Assembly: GCA_030390025.1 (NCBI GenBank)
Contig: CM059432.1
Location: 47,370,001-47,434,000, forward strand
DNA length: 64,000 nt
DNA from: Squalus acanthias
Taxonomy: Eukaryota
Reading direction: 5' to 3'
How positions within the stretch are numbered: the stretch's first letter is position 1; every line of letters begins with the position of its first letter. Below the pieces are notes generated by a model. The model made no database searches, was not told where the DNA came from, and worked only from the letters and a program-made list of their open reading frames with translations. Of the stretch, positions 12,764-25,739 are shown piece by piece. The position numbers and the translations under genes were made by a program.

Positions 12764-13349
12764 CTAAAAAGTAAAGTAGGAAATACAATAACATAATTGA
12801 AATATCACAAAAGTGTTGCTTTGACTTAAAAAAGATCCCTTGTAATCTGTGTGACAGTTCAATCAAGTTCCTCCACTGTACAGAGAGCCACAGCATCAAT
12901 TTTTGAAATTGGAAAGATCACATTGTAAAAATTGAAGAGACAGAAAGCAATTGTATGCTCTATCATTTCCTGAGGCATTGTTCATGATTAAATAAAAGTT
13001 GTATATTCTAAAATTATACAAGGAGGTTAAAAATAATCCGTGCATAAAAATGTGTTAAATTAATGTGAGGGGTCAGAGATTGTGCATACAAGATAAGCTA
13101 AGTTGAAATGAAAAAAATGGAAGTTAGAAGAGAAAGAAAAAGAAAAACAGAAAGCAGTTGAGGGAAAAGATTGTAAAAGGGACTACAATTATATTGGAGC
13201 AGTTTGTTGATGCACAGGTCAACAGTTGGCCATTTTACACACTATATAAAGTGCACATCGGCTGTTGACAAAGGGGGGAAAATGGGTCAGAAAGCACTGG
13301 AAACAGATGCTGAAGTCAGAATTCAGGGTGAAATACAGCCCTTGGGCTT

Positions 13350-13890
13350 CCAAAAAGAAACAGGCCGTTCAATCCATTGTGTGTGTGCTAGCTCTTCAGG
13401 TGGAGCTGCCTACTCTAATCCCAATTCCATACCCTTCACCTGTATCCTTTTCAAATCCTTATCTAATTACATTTTAAATAATGTTATAGTCCCTGTCTCA
13501 ATAGCCACTTGTGGTAAAACATTCCAGGTTCTAATAGCCCACATTTATTCAAATTTCCCCTTTCTTCTAGGGATAATTCTTAGTTGTCAACCACTGGAAA
13601 AAGTCTTTCACCATTTATCTTCTCAAAAGACCCAGTCAAAGCCTTTCATAATTTTTAAAACTCCCATCAGAACCCTAGTTTTAGTGAAATAAAGCCCAAA
13701 TTTTTTCACAGATTCTTCATAACTACAATCTCTCATTCCAGTTATCTGTCTAATGAATCTTCGTTGTATCCTTTCCATAGTACTAATATCCTTCCTATAA
13801 AGGGGTGCCCAGAATTGCATGTAAAACTCCAATTTTGGTCTAATTAATGTGTTGTACAAATTCAACATCGCTTTCTTATTTATGTATTCA
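13350..13890 (-). mobile_element. Old CR1 3' fragment
   Basis: ORF 13623-13910: LYNTLIRPKLEF..QFWAP.YRKDI. Confidence 0.8.
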
Positions 13891-14143
13891 GCAGAAGTGT
13901 GCGCAAGCATCTTGGACCCAATTTTTGATCCAGCATAGCACCTAAAAATTGGGTGCTACAAGGCCCAATTTATCCCCATAGTTTCAGTATCACATAACCA
14001 GCATAAAATCACAACAGTCTAATGAGCATTCCAACGCATTTGAAAGGAACAACTTGGTAGTTAGTTAGTTTGTATAAGGAAGAAAAGTAGACAATAATGT
14101 GTGTATTAAAAATGAGAGCAAACATGTTAACACCAGCTCTTCA

Positions 14144-14281
<138 letters not shown>

Positions 14282-14504
14282 TTATTGCCAGGTAGAAAAT
14301 TGGAACCAACAATAACTACAAATAATACTTCATTGATACACAAAACCCAGAGATAAAAAGCAAAACTGTTAATCTGAAACAGAAAATGATGGAAGTAAAC
14401 AGCCAGTGTTGATGAAGGGTCTCTAGCCAAATCACTGGTCAATTTCCCCTCTTTTCAGTTGAAGAACCTGCTGTGTATTTTCAGTTTTTATATATAAAAC
14501 GCAC

Positions 14505-14576
14505 CTTGTTATCCAGGTTCCGTGCTTGAGCTTCAAAATTTACCACCCTGTTGTCTTTCACCTCTTCTGCAAAAAT
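14505..14576 (-). CDS. CPNE3: Copine A exon: IFAEEVKDNRVVNFEAQARNLDNK
   Basis: 72 nt, tttaag acceptor, gtgcgt donor; C2A-C2B linker. Confidence 0.93.
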
Positions 14577-14667
14577 CTTAAACATGAAAATAGAGAACAG
14601 AATAGAAACCAATTAAAAACACAATGATCAAATAACTTGCACTTCAAATATCTGAACTAGAGGCGTT

Positions 14668-15265
14668 GGCCCAAAAATTCAGGATCACCCATTTTTGGGC
14701 ACACAGGGAGCACAGGGCAAATACCCTGCACCAGAATGATGAGGTCCAAAACACCCCCGATATTGGGCCTCGGATCTCATTGTAATAGAAACAGCATGGC
14801 GCTACAGCCCACCGATGAAGAGTGGTGAGGACCGGTAAGAAATTAGGCCACTACTAGTGCAGCAGAGGCCCTCAGGCAAGTAGGTCCGGGGGACCGGTCG
14901 GGGATGGGAATAGCAGTGGCTATCGGGAGGGTCTTTAATGTGGAGTTGGGAGAAGTACTACTATACTCCTCCCGGCTCCACATTCAGCTAAATTATTTGT
15001 CTTCTTTGTTGCATGCGTTCTGTAGGGCCCGTTTCCCCGAGTGAATCAAGGCAAACCAATGTTACAGCGAGGACCTCAAGCAGATGTTAGGCCCCTTATT
15101 TGCATATGCAAAGGACTCAATGCCTGCTTCGTTTGTCCTTATCTAATATGGCGGGAGGTGCACTTCTAGCTGGAAGTGTGTGCATGCTTCCTGCCCACCA
15201 ATTTGGGGCCTTAGGTGTCCGCACAGTGCCCGAAAACATGTGCTGCGCGATTTAATTTTTAGGCC
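14668..15265. mobile_element. Harbinger-type MITE, diverged
   Basis: TIR ggcccaaaaatt / aatttttaggcc; TSD not preserved. Confidence 0.55.
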
Positions 15266-15399
15266 ACAATGTCCTATTCAGATTCTTCATTTTGTAGCTC
15301 TTCTTACTTGTTGCTTGGATCCAGATCACTCAATTTAAAAGTTACAAAAAAGAATCCCAACCATCTGCCTGTTCGTCCTTTCCCGATAGTCCTTTTAAG

Positions 15400-15810
15400 T
15401 CTTTTTTGTACCCTCTCCAGTGCCTCTATATCCTTTTTATAATATGGCGACCAGAATTGTACACAGTATTCCAAGTGTGGTCTAATTAAGGTTCAATACA
15501 AGTTTGATAACTTCTCTACTTTTCGATTCTATCCTTCTAGAAATAAACCCCAGTGCTTGGTTTGCTTTTTTTATGGCCTTATTAACCTGCAACGCTACTT
15601 TCAGTGATTTATGTATTTGTACTCAGAGATCCCTTTGCTCCTTTACCCCATTTAGATTCTTATTTTCCATCTAATATGTTACCTTCTTATTTTTCTTACC
15701 AAAATGTAATACCTCAAATTTATCTGTGTTGAAATTCATTTGCCAATTATATGCCCATTCTGCAAGCTTATTAATGTCTTCTTGTAATTTGTTGCAGATT
15801 TCTCAGAATA
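15400..15810 (-). mobile_element. Old CR1 fragment
   Basis: Reverse complement of the [27 protein letters not shown] region. Confidence 0.8.
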
Positions 15811-15899
15811 CCCTTGTTCCTGTGTTATAATGAGAAGAATGACAAGAACATGGAAGAGAGGAAGGAAGCATGGAAAGGAAGGCATCATGGAAGGTATCA

Positions 15900-16470
15900 G
15901 CATCCGACACGTACCTACCCACTCCAGAGGGTACACCAATCTTGGAGGCCATAAGTTGACTTTACAGAGGCGATATTAGAAAACAAATTCACCTGAATGC
16001 AACTGGCTAGTTATGCCAGCTGCTGGCCGCAGACTTGCAGCCCAAATGAATAAGGGACGCAGTGTTGTCAGTGACTGTTAAGTGACCACAGCACTGAATT
16101 TTTACACCACTAGGTCCTTCCAGGTATGACCCAACTCACATCTATTGTGCATCACTGTATTAAGGTGGTTACAGATGTTCAGGTGGGCTTCTTAAATGGA
16201 CCCTGCCAAGCATTTATAGAATAGCAGGAGCTCGTTTGAGCTCATTGTCGTATAGAGAACAGATCCAACAGTACCAATTAAGTCTTGCAATCCCTGTGCT
16301 ATGGTACTATTAAGGGTGTTTCACAAGAAATCAATGGAAGCAGTCATAGCTCCCATCTTAAAGGCTATGACTGTTCTTCAGTCCTCCTCCTGCACCCTTG
16401 CAGCAGTAGATCTCTCCTGGACTGCAACACATTCCATGACCTCACAAACTTCTTTTGTTGTGTTACAAAT
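15900..16470 (+). pseudogene. Decayed PIF/Harbinger (HARBI1-like) transposase fragment
   Basis: QLLAADLQPK*IRDAVLSVTVK / VTTALNFYTTRSFQ (16082-16123) / VHHCIKVVTD resemble the Harbinger transposase N-terminal region; stops and frameshifts present. Confidence 0.65.
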
Positions 16471-16808
16471 GTGAATAGTGGGCAGCAATCCAGTCAGGAG
16501 CAGGAAGATTGCTAAAAAGCCATCCCGCCTATAAAATGAGGCTCCCCTCCACAGTGCCATGTGCTGAAGCAGATGTCTAAACTCAGGCACAGTATGATTA
16601 TCTGGGCAAGATGTCAGAGGGCTCCAGTACAAGTCATCACCATTTAGCAGAGAGATAATAAAAATAAAAGGGGAAAAACATTTAAGATAAATACATTGGT
16701 GTGGTCCACTATTTAATTTTCCTAGTGTTGCTGGAATAATATTAAAACTACTTGCTACATTCACCAAAGTCTACCCCCAACAACTAAATAAGATATTTAG
16801 GTCTGTAC

Positions 16809-16883
16809 CGTGATCGTTCCTTTTCCTGCTGGTCTTCTATCTCGCAGCACAAGAGGTCTGGTCAGTTTTTTGCTGGAGACAAT
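16809..16883 (-). CDS. CPNE3: Copine A exon: IVSSKKLTRPLVLRDRRPAGKGTIT
   Basis: 75 nt, ttttgacag acceptor, gtacag donor, in frame. Confidence 0.93.
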
Positions 16884-17991
16884 CTGTCAAAATAATTTAA
16901 CTGTAGATGCTCAGTTTCCAACAGAAATAATTACCACAGACTCAAAAGTTAGAAATCAGTGAGTAGAAGTGCTAATTTTCCTCACACTTAAACCTGAACA
17001 TAGAGATTACTGTGCATTATTCAATGGTGTAGCCTAAAGAGCAGTATGCTACCTCAACTGTGATGCTACTTGTTCATGTGTTGCATGGTTGGGACCAAAG
17101 CAATAAATGGCAGCAAACAAACATTGACAAAGTACTGAGTTTTTGATTGTATTTTTTAATTTCAAAAACCTATTGTACAAGTAGGAAATCACACTAGCAA
17201 TTTAGAAATTGTTAGCTGGCTTTCGATATCATAGACTGCTACTGCATAATGCATTATTCATCAAGTTTCATATTCAAATTTAGTGAAATAGTAGAAAAAC
17301 ATAATTGTCATATCTATATTAAAAATCTTACAACTACACACAAGTCAATTAACTGCCTATGTAAACTTCTTGCACTGTAATTATACTGTTCCCCCACTGG
17401 AGGCACTGCAGTGCCACTACGAGCAGGAAGCTGTAGTTCCAGTTTAACAAGTTTACATAGTCAGTTTCCACTATAAATGTAGACATAGGAATTTATATGG
17501 GAATTATTTAAAGTTAAGAACAGAATGTATGACTTTAAAATTGCAACTGAAGTACAACTGAGCATCTTGATCCAACTGCCCCCAGCCTCTAACCCCACTT
17601 CAGCTGAAGATTAGACTTGGTTTTGACTCATGTGTAACGCGACAGGAGATCAACTAGTCCAAAAAATAATAATGGTGACAGTGGTAAAAGACTGCAATAC
17701 ACACTGTACAAAATAATTTCATGTCAGCACTTGAAATTGTAATATCGTCAGCGTGCATATCGAACCCATCGTCATGGGTTCGCATGATGTCGCCGACTGT
17801 CAGTATGTCCAGTAAATAAGGTCAATCCTCTTCAAGCCTTCTTTCTTCTCACAGAACAAATTTATTACTGGTTCTAGCAGAGAGATAACCCAAGGTTTGT
17901 AAATTGTTTTCCTAATTCAGCATTGTAGAAATGTCCCCAAAGTATTATTCAGTGGCAAAGATAAATAATAAAAGCTTTTATTTGTATTTAC

Positions 17992-18171
17992 CTGTCCCAG
18001 AGTACATTCAAATTCTCCCAGGAAGTCATCATCGCTCAAATCAATGGTTTTATTGTCAATATCGTAAATTCCAAACTTCAGTTTCTGAACTTGCTCAAAG
18101 CAGTAATCTATCAGGAACTTCTTCGCAAACTTTGGAGCGAGACAGTTATTAACTCTCTCTGTGCGATCAAT
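17992..18171 (-). CDS. CPNE3: Copine A exon: [60 protein letters not shown]
   Basis: 180 nt, tttgtag acceptor, gtaaat donor; C2A Ca2+-binding loop YDIDN..DDDFLG. Not in the ORF track. Confidence 0.95.
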
Positions 18172-18549
18172 CTACAAAAAGAAAATCCCCTAATTAAAAC
18201 CACTCAAGTGAAATGAACCAACAAGTACAGATCATGCCAATAGTGCATTCTAAATCCAAAATGCACTGTCAAGCAGCACTTGGATATGAAGCAGACAACA
18301 CCCAGCTCTATTTACATTTCTTTGTAGTCACTTTCAAATTTCTTCAAGCACCAACTACTGATTTGAAGCTGACCCATTTATATAAAAGTATCTAATTAGG
18401 CTACTAGAAAAGTAAACAACAATAAAGTTATACCTATACAGAACTAAGGTCTAGTAGGGCACTTATTCCAATATAAAGTCCCCTGAAGTACCGAGGAAGA
18501 CAAAAGTGCTTAATGCTGACACAGGGTGCCTAAAATGGAAACTATTCAC

Positions 18550-19270
18550 AGAACCATACAAGTTTACTGAACAAAAGGAGGCCATTTGGCCCATCGCATT
18601 TGTGTCAGCTCTTTGTTACAGAATTCCAAAATTAACCCCCTGGCCTTGTACCTTCCTCTGCTTTAAATATTTACCCACTTTACCCTTAAAAAAAGAAAAA
18701 AGACTTGCATTTATATAGCGCCTTTCACGACCACCGGACGTCCCAAAGCGCTTTACAGCCAATGAAGTACTTTTAAGTGTCGTCACTGTTGTAATGTAGG
18801 AAAAAGATGCAATGATTTCTGCCTCAACTACTCCTTGTGACAAAGCATTCTATGCTTCAACTCTTGAGTAAAGAAAATTCTTCTAACCACGCCACCCCCA
18901 TGATATTTTAAATTGATGACTCCAACCAGAGGAGAGAGAAGTAATCTTGCCCTATTCATCCTTTCAAAACCCATCCTAATGTTAAAACCCTCCATTGAAT
19001 TTCCTCTTAGCCTTTTCTGCTCCACTGGAAATAGTCCCAGTATTTCAAGTCTCTCCTCATAAGTTTAGTTTCCCATCCCTGGCTTATCCTAGTAAGTCTA
19101 TTGTATGGCTTTAACATCTTTTGTATTAAATGCTCAAAACTGAAAATAATACTTTTGTACAACTGTATCTTTACTTCTTTACTTGTGCACTCTATGCCTC
19201 TATTTATAGAACCAAAAAATCCTCCTGGCCTTGTTGATACACTCAGGGAATTATTATACAGTTTTCAACA
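18550..19270 (-). mobile_element. Old CR1 3' fragment with an inserted DeuSINE/L2-type tail (18690-18802)
   Basis: CR1-like LRGN.MEGFNI and RIFFTQ remnants; tail gacttgcatttatatagcgcctttcacg...tgtaatgtagga. Confidence 0.7.
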
Positions 19271-19929
19271 GCTAAGATTAAAACCACTAAAGTGAAATGA
19301 ATCAACAAGCACAGATCATGCCAACAGTGCATTGTAAACCCAAAATGTGATGATCACAAAATTCACCAAACTTTTTAAGTAAAAACCTTCACTGAAAAGT
19401 GAACCGTAAAAGTTTTTCTGATTCAGTTTCCCCCTCCAATTTTCTTCCCTCTATTTTCTTTCCACACCCAGGTAGTTTGAAAAGCATTATTTATATGCTG
19501 ATAAACCAAGGCTATAACAATGTTAACAAAAAGTCACTGAAAAATAACACTAATAGCTGGTATTCTAGGCCTCACTGGCATAAAAGATGCACCTGTAACT
19601 CCTATGGCAAGCCAGAATAGATCACTCAGTGGTCCACTTCTCATAAACCCACACCATTAAGGACTTACGTGAAGCAGGTTATGCAGCAGATTTTACAGCA
19701 ACACTCCTGTATACATACTACATACAACTGTCAGGATTCCTGCAGACTTTTACTAACAATTTCTATCATATTCCACCAAAGCAAGTGACATTCAAGGTCA
19801 ACTTTAAAACACTGATCACCAAAATAAAACCTAAGGGCCTTGTTAGTGGTATCCGTTATGTAAACTGAGTCTTACTGGTGACTAACTGGCCTGAAGATCT
19901 GAGGGACAGCAAAGTTTGAAAAAAACTCA

Positions 19930-20274
<345 letters not shown>

Positions 20275-20447
20275 CTACATAAAAGATGCAGCACAGATTG
20301 CACTGGACTGAACCTCTACAATCTCCCCTTCCTTTCTCTATAGGTCCAACTCTTGCAGCCAAAATTTCTAGCATTTTATTTTAACCATGTGCCCAAGAAT
20401 CATTTACCTAGGTTGCTCAATTTCCAGACCAACACATGAAAACCTTT

Positions 20448-20584
20448 ACAAAAGCAAAATACTGCGGATGCTGGAAATCTGAAATAAAAACAGAAAATGC
20501 TGGAAATACTCAGCAGGTCAGGCTGCATCTGTGGAGAGAGAAACAGAGTCAACGTTTCAGGTCGATGACCCTTCGTCAGGTATT
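20448..20584 (-). mobile_element. Short Penelope-type terminal-repeat insertion (family 2) with hammerhead core
   Basis: 14-bp TSD acatgaaaaccttt (20434-20447, 20585-20598); CUGACGA AGGGUC AUC GACCU GAAACGUU. Confidence 0.8.
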
Positions 20585-21345
20585 ACATGAAAACCTTTCC
20601 TTGATATGGTCAGGATTTTCTGCATTTCTGCAGCATCAAGAAGAATGGCAGATGAGCCAATCATCTAAATATGGATATAAAGGAAGTTGACACCTTTGTA
20701 AGGCTCTTGCAGGTAATATAAAGACAAATGAGAAAACAATTGGCCCGGAATTTGTGGTCTGGATGACGGCAAACGCACTTAAATGTACAACAAATATCAG
20801 ATCTAACTATTTCACACAGAGTGGTAAGGGTGTTTGGAACACACTGCACAGGGAGACAGTGGAGGCAGATAATGTCAGCAAGTTTAAAAGGGAGACAGAT
20901 AGTTTTTTTGCCATAAGAAGCAACTGATGGGTATAAACGAAGGTGCTGCACAGTACAGTTTTGTTTAAAAAAAAACTTGTCAGATTGACAGGAATTATCT
21001 TTTCCAAAGCTAAACATTCCTAAATAACATGCTTTTTTAAAAAAAAAACAGAAGTGTAGAGATTACTTGTAATAGTTTTTTTTAAATTACATTTATATAG
21101 CACTTTTTACAACCTCAGGACGACCCAAAGCGCTTTACAGCCAATTCATTACTTTTGAAGTGTAGTCACTGTTGTAATGTTGGAAATTATAAATCTTATG
21201 TTACTTATAAATCTTTTCTATTGTAATTAGAAAGAATTAGCCTCAATTTTGGGAATATGTAAAAGTGGCACAGGAAGGTGAATAAATTGGGAACACAATG
21301 CATTTGTCAGCTGGGATATTTTGAGGTGCGCTCTCAAGTGATATA

Positions 21346-23100
21346 TTTAAATAAGGATGGAACTCAGCTTTAAATAAAATATTGCAATGGTTTATTTAGA
21401 CAGCTCTTTGAAGAGTCAAAATGCAGCATTAGACAGCTTAAAATTGTACAACATATAAAGTGAAATGTGCTTGAAAACATAGTAAATATAGGATTTTAGT
21501 AAAAGTACAATTAATGTGCAAACAACAAATCTTTAGCACAGCTCATACTGATTCCCATCAGAGGCCAGAGTTAGAGGAACAGAGTTCGAGGAAGTTATAT
21601 GGCTGGAGAAGATTAGAATTTTAAATTAAAGCAATTCTTAAAAGGATTCCAACGTCACAGGCTGCCACATTCTTAAAAATGTGACAGGACAGGCATCACC
21701 AGATGTAACATAGGTGTGGACATAATGGGCCAAAAATTCATCCCGCTGCGCGAGAGTACGCACTGCGTACTCTCGCGTATTCTCTCTCCAATTGCCGGTT
21801 TTCTGCATGCCCTGCGCATGCGCTGAAAACCGGCACTTGGTCTTTTGAAAAGGGGGCGGTTCCTCGGTGCATCGCGTGCGCGCTACAGGCTGCGCGCACG
21901 CTGTGCACTTCGTGCTTTGGACGCGCAGGTAAGGACGGAAGATTTTAGAAATGGAAAAAGGAGGAGTAAGACCCACTTTTAACAAGGTAAGTAGTGAATT
22001 AAGTATTTTTTTGAATTTTTTTTAACAGGTATATCTTTTTTAGAGACTTTAAAGACAGGTAAGTTTATTTTTATAACTTTTTAAAAGATTTTAAATTTTT
22101 TCAAAAATTTTATTTTTTATTTAAAATGGTTAATTTATTTAACCATACTTATTTTATTAATGTGATGGTTTTTTTTTTTAATTTAATTGAGGTTTAGCTG
22201 TTATTTTGGGGGGGTGTAAGATTCATAGATTTCACAGCACGTATGTGAAACTTATGAATGGAAGATGGTGTGCTGCCATTGGCTCTAACTGAGTCACGTG
22301 ATCCCACAGCTCGCACGAATTCACTACGCCGGTGGGATACGCAAGCACTGCCCAGCTGATGTCTGGAACATCAAGTTCGTGCGAGCTGGATCTGAAAAAG
22401 CCAACGCGGAGTGAGAGATCGCGGGGAAGCCTTACCCCCGCGGAACAGAGCGAGATCAATTTCTGGGCCATTGAACATTGAAAACTCCATACATCATTGT
22501 TCCTTCATCGCTGGGTCAATATCTTGGAATTCCCTACCCAACACCATTGTGGGAACACCATCACCACAAGGACTGCAGTAGTTCAAGGAGAAGGCACACC
22601 ACAACCTTCTAGGGCAACTAGGGATTGGCAATAAATGTGGCCTTGCCAGTGATATCCACATTCCGAGAACAAATATAGATTTTAAAAAAGGGCTGTTAAC
22701 ACAGGGCGTTTGAATGGAAAGATGACAGGCCATAAAAATATAAATAATATATACATGGGAATGACTGGGAACAGAATCGATTTGTTTCAATTAAATTGTA
22801 GATTTTAACCAAATTGGCTGGGTGCATAGTGAGAGTAGGCCTGACTACAGCCCTCCTCGAACTCTGTTCCTCTAACTCTGGCCTCTGATGGGAATCAGTA
22901 TGAGCTGTGCTAAAGATTTGTTGTTTGCACTATAATTGTACTTTTACTAAAATCCTATATTTACTATGTTTTCAAGCACATTTCACTTTATATGTTGTAC
23001 AATTTTAAGCTGTCTAATACTGCATTTTGACTCTTCAAAGAGCTGTCTAAATAAACCATTGCAATATTTTATTTAAAGTGGAGTTCCATCCTTATTTAAA
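21346..23100. repeat. 247-bp inverted duplication (21346-21592 and 22854-23100)
   Basis: Arms are reverse complements with about 5 mismatches by eye; 1261-bp spacer. Confidence 0.95.
21727..22469 (+). mobile_element. Harbinger-type MITE
   Basis: TIR gggccaaaaatt / aatttctgggcc; GC-rich ends and AT-rich centre; homologous to 23313-24079. Confidence 0.8.
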
Positions 23101-23312
23101 GCTGTCTTTTCTGCAAGTCACTGATCACTCCCTGTGAATGAGTCACCCTGTGATTTCCCTCCCCACTTGTGAAGGAGGATATCAGCTTTGCTTGTATCTC
23201 CTTCTAACACACAGCTAAAATTGAATCCAACTATCTTGGAGAGTCACAGGAATCAGCTAACTTATTAACAGTATTTTGCAGTGAGGACATTAGCTGCCCA
23301 GGTAGAGATCAT

Positions 23313-24079
23313 GGGCCAAAAATTTGGCCCTTCCCGGGTGAGTACACAGTGTGTACTCACCCATAAGGCGTCCTGAAGTGCCGGTTTCCTGCATGCACTG
23401 CGCATGCGCGGGAAACCGGAACTTCCGGTCTGGTGAAGGGGGCGGTTCCTAGGTGAACCGCGTGCGCGGTAGAGGCTGCGCGCACGCAGCAAACTTAGGT
23501 TTTTTTTCAGGTTTCTACGGGAGGGTTGGTATTGAAGAACCTGCGCTTTTAAAAAGGAGGCGCAGGAGCCGTTTTCAACAAGGTAAGTGGTTAATTAACT
23601 ATAATTTAAAAAAAATTTCAACAGGTTTATCTTTTTTAGATACTTTAAAGAAAGGTAAATTTATTTTTATCACTTTAAAAAAGTAATTTAATTTTTTCAA
23701 AAATTTTAATTTTTGTTTAAAGTGGTTAATTTATTTAACTTATAGTTATTTTATAAATGTGATGGGTTTTTTTAAAAATTTATTTTAAGTTTAGCTGTTC
23801 TTTTGGGGCCGATTTCAATTCACAGATTTGACAGGTCTTCCTGTCAAATCTATGAATGAAAGATGGTCTGCTGCCATTGGCTCTCCATGGCCCACGTGAT
23901 CCCAGGGGACGCATCGCACTAACTGCGCCCCTGGGACACGCACGCACTGCGCGCTGGCACTTGGAGCAGGCCCAGGAGCTGAAGTTCCCGTGGGCCCAAA
24001 ACACAACGGCAGGCGCGGTAGGTAAGTGCGCGCACGATCCTTACCCCCGCGGCAAGCCGGAGAGGCGAATTTCAGGGCC
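23313..24079 (+). mobile_element. Harbinger-type MITE
   Basis: TIR gggccaaaaatt / aatttcagggcc, TSD CAT; highly similar to 33348-34117. Confidence 0.85.
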
Positions 24080-24082
24080 CAT

Positions 24083-24766
24083 GGCCCAGATATTCTAATC
24101 CCTACGGGTGGGTACACGCTGTAGGGACATCGGAAATGCCGGTTTCAGGCATGCACTGAAAACCGGCATTTCTGATCTGTCAAGAATGGTCTTGACAGAT
24201 CCTCCGGCTGCCCTGGAGAAGGGCCTCTGCGGGCGGATAGTTCCGCTTTCTGGAGACCCTCCGCCAACAGAAAACCCTTACAATTCTTACGCTTGGTAAA
24301 AGCAGGCGTAAGGCCTGCTTTTACCTGGATAAGCGTTGAAAAAAAGTTTTTTTTTTTAAATTCTCACTGATTTATCATTTAAAAATACTTTTAAAAAAGT
24401 AAGTTTATTTTTAGCCCTGTAAAAAATTAAATTTGTTTAAAATACTTAATTTATTGTAATTTCAAGTCATTTTAAAAATGTGATTTTAAAAAAAATGTAT
24501 TTAAAGTTTTACTGTGTTTTTGGGGTGATCTCCATTCATATATTTGACAGGTCTTCCTGTGATTCCCTTCTGTGATTGGCTCCCCATGGCCCACGTGATC
24601 CCAGGGACGCTGCGAGCTACATGCGCCCCGGGATACGTGGGCCCTGCACACTTCAAGTTTGGAGAGGCCCAGGAGCGGAAGCGTGTGCGTCCCGGGAACC
24701 CTCAGGTAAGGGCGTAGATTTTTCCAGATCGCAGGCCTCCGCCCGCGGGATCGGAAAATACGGGCC
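24083..24766 (+). mobile_element. Harbinger-type MITE, second subfamily, abutting the previous one
   Basis: TIR ggcccagatatt / aaaatacgggcc, TSD CAT; related to 51360-52053. Confidence 0.8.
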
Positions 24767-24781
24767 CATGTTGTAGACATC

Positions 24782-25529
24782 TGTCTGAGGCTGAACCACA
24801 CTGTTCACAACCTTGGTGTTATATTTGACACTGAAATGAGCTTCCGACCACATATCTGCAGCATAACTAAGACCGCCTATTTCCACCTCTGTAACACTGC
24901 CCGTCTCTGCCCTTGCCTCAGCTCATCCACTGCTGAAATCCTCATCCATGCCTTTGTTACCTCTAGACTTGACTATTCCAATGCACTCCTGGCTGGCCTC
25001 CCACATTCCACCCTACATAAACTTGAGGTCATCCAAAACTCGGCTGCCCGTGTCCTAACCCACACCAAGTCCCGTTCGCCCATCACCCCTGTGCTCACTG
25101 ACCTACATTGGCTCCCGGTTAAACAGCGCCTCAATTTCAAAATTCTCATCCTTGTTTTCAAATCCCTCCATGGCCTCGCCCCTTCCTATCTCTGTAATCT
25201 CCTTCAGCCCCACAACCCCCAGAGATATCTGCGCTCCTCTAATTCTGCCCTCTTGAGCATCCCTGATTATAATCGCTCAACCTTTGGCGGTCGTGCCTTC
25301 TGTTGCCTAGGCCCCAAACTCTGGAATTCCCTGCCTAAACCTCTCCCCCTCTCTTTCCTCCTTTAAGACGCTCCTTAAAACCTACCTCTTTGACCAAGCT
25401 TTTGGTCGTCTGCCCTAATTTATCCTTATGTGGGTCGGTGTCAAACTTGTTGTCTTAAAATACTCCTGTGCAGCGCCTTGGGACGTTTTACTACGTTAAA
25501 GGTGCTATATAAATACAAGTTGTTGTTGT
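24782..25529 (+). mobile_element. L2-type LINE 3' end
   Basis: ORF 24836-25366: LIHAFVTSRLDYSNALLAG...QNSAAR...LHWLPV; tail aaatacaagttgttgttg. Confidence 0.92.
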
Positions 25530-25739
25530 ATGAAGGGGAAGGTATATCCAGAGTCCAGGATGTTCAGAGTGTTTTTTGCTGCTTCGGGGTGCAGAGGAGT
25601 TCTTAATGTTTTTGTTCTTTTTAAAAAGTGGGTGAGGAGCTGAATCCAACAGTGCAGTCACGTTACTAGGTTAGCATCAATACAAAGCAATTTCAGGCTC
25701 CTTTGCTATGCTACCAATCGCATCCTTAAAGCCCTTTCC

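Noticed and set aside
23860..23900. ER-stress element (ERSE/ERSE-II) in the MITEs
   Set aside because: The spacing ATTGG-N11-CCACG fits neither CCAAT-N9-CCACG nor ATTGG-N-CCACG.
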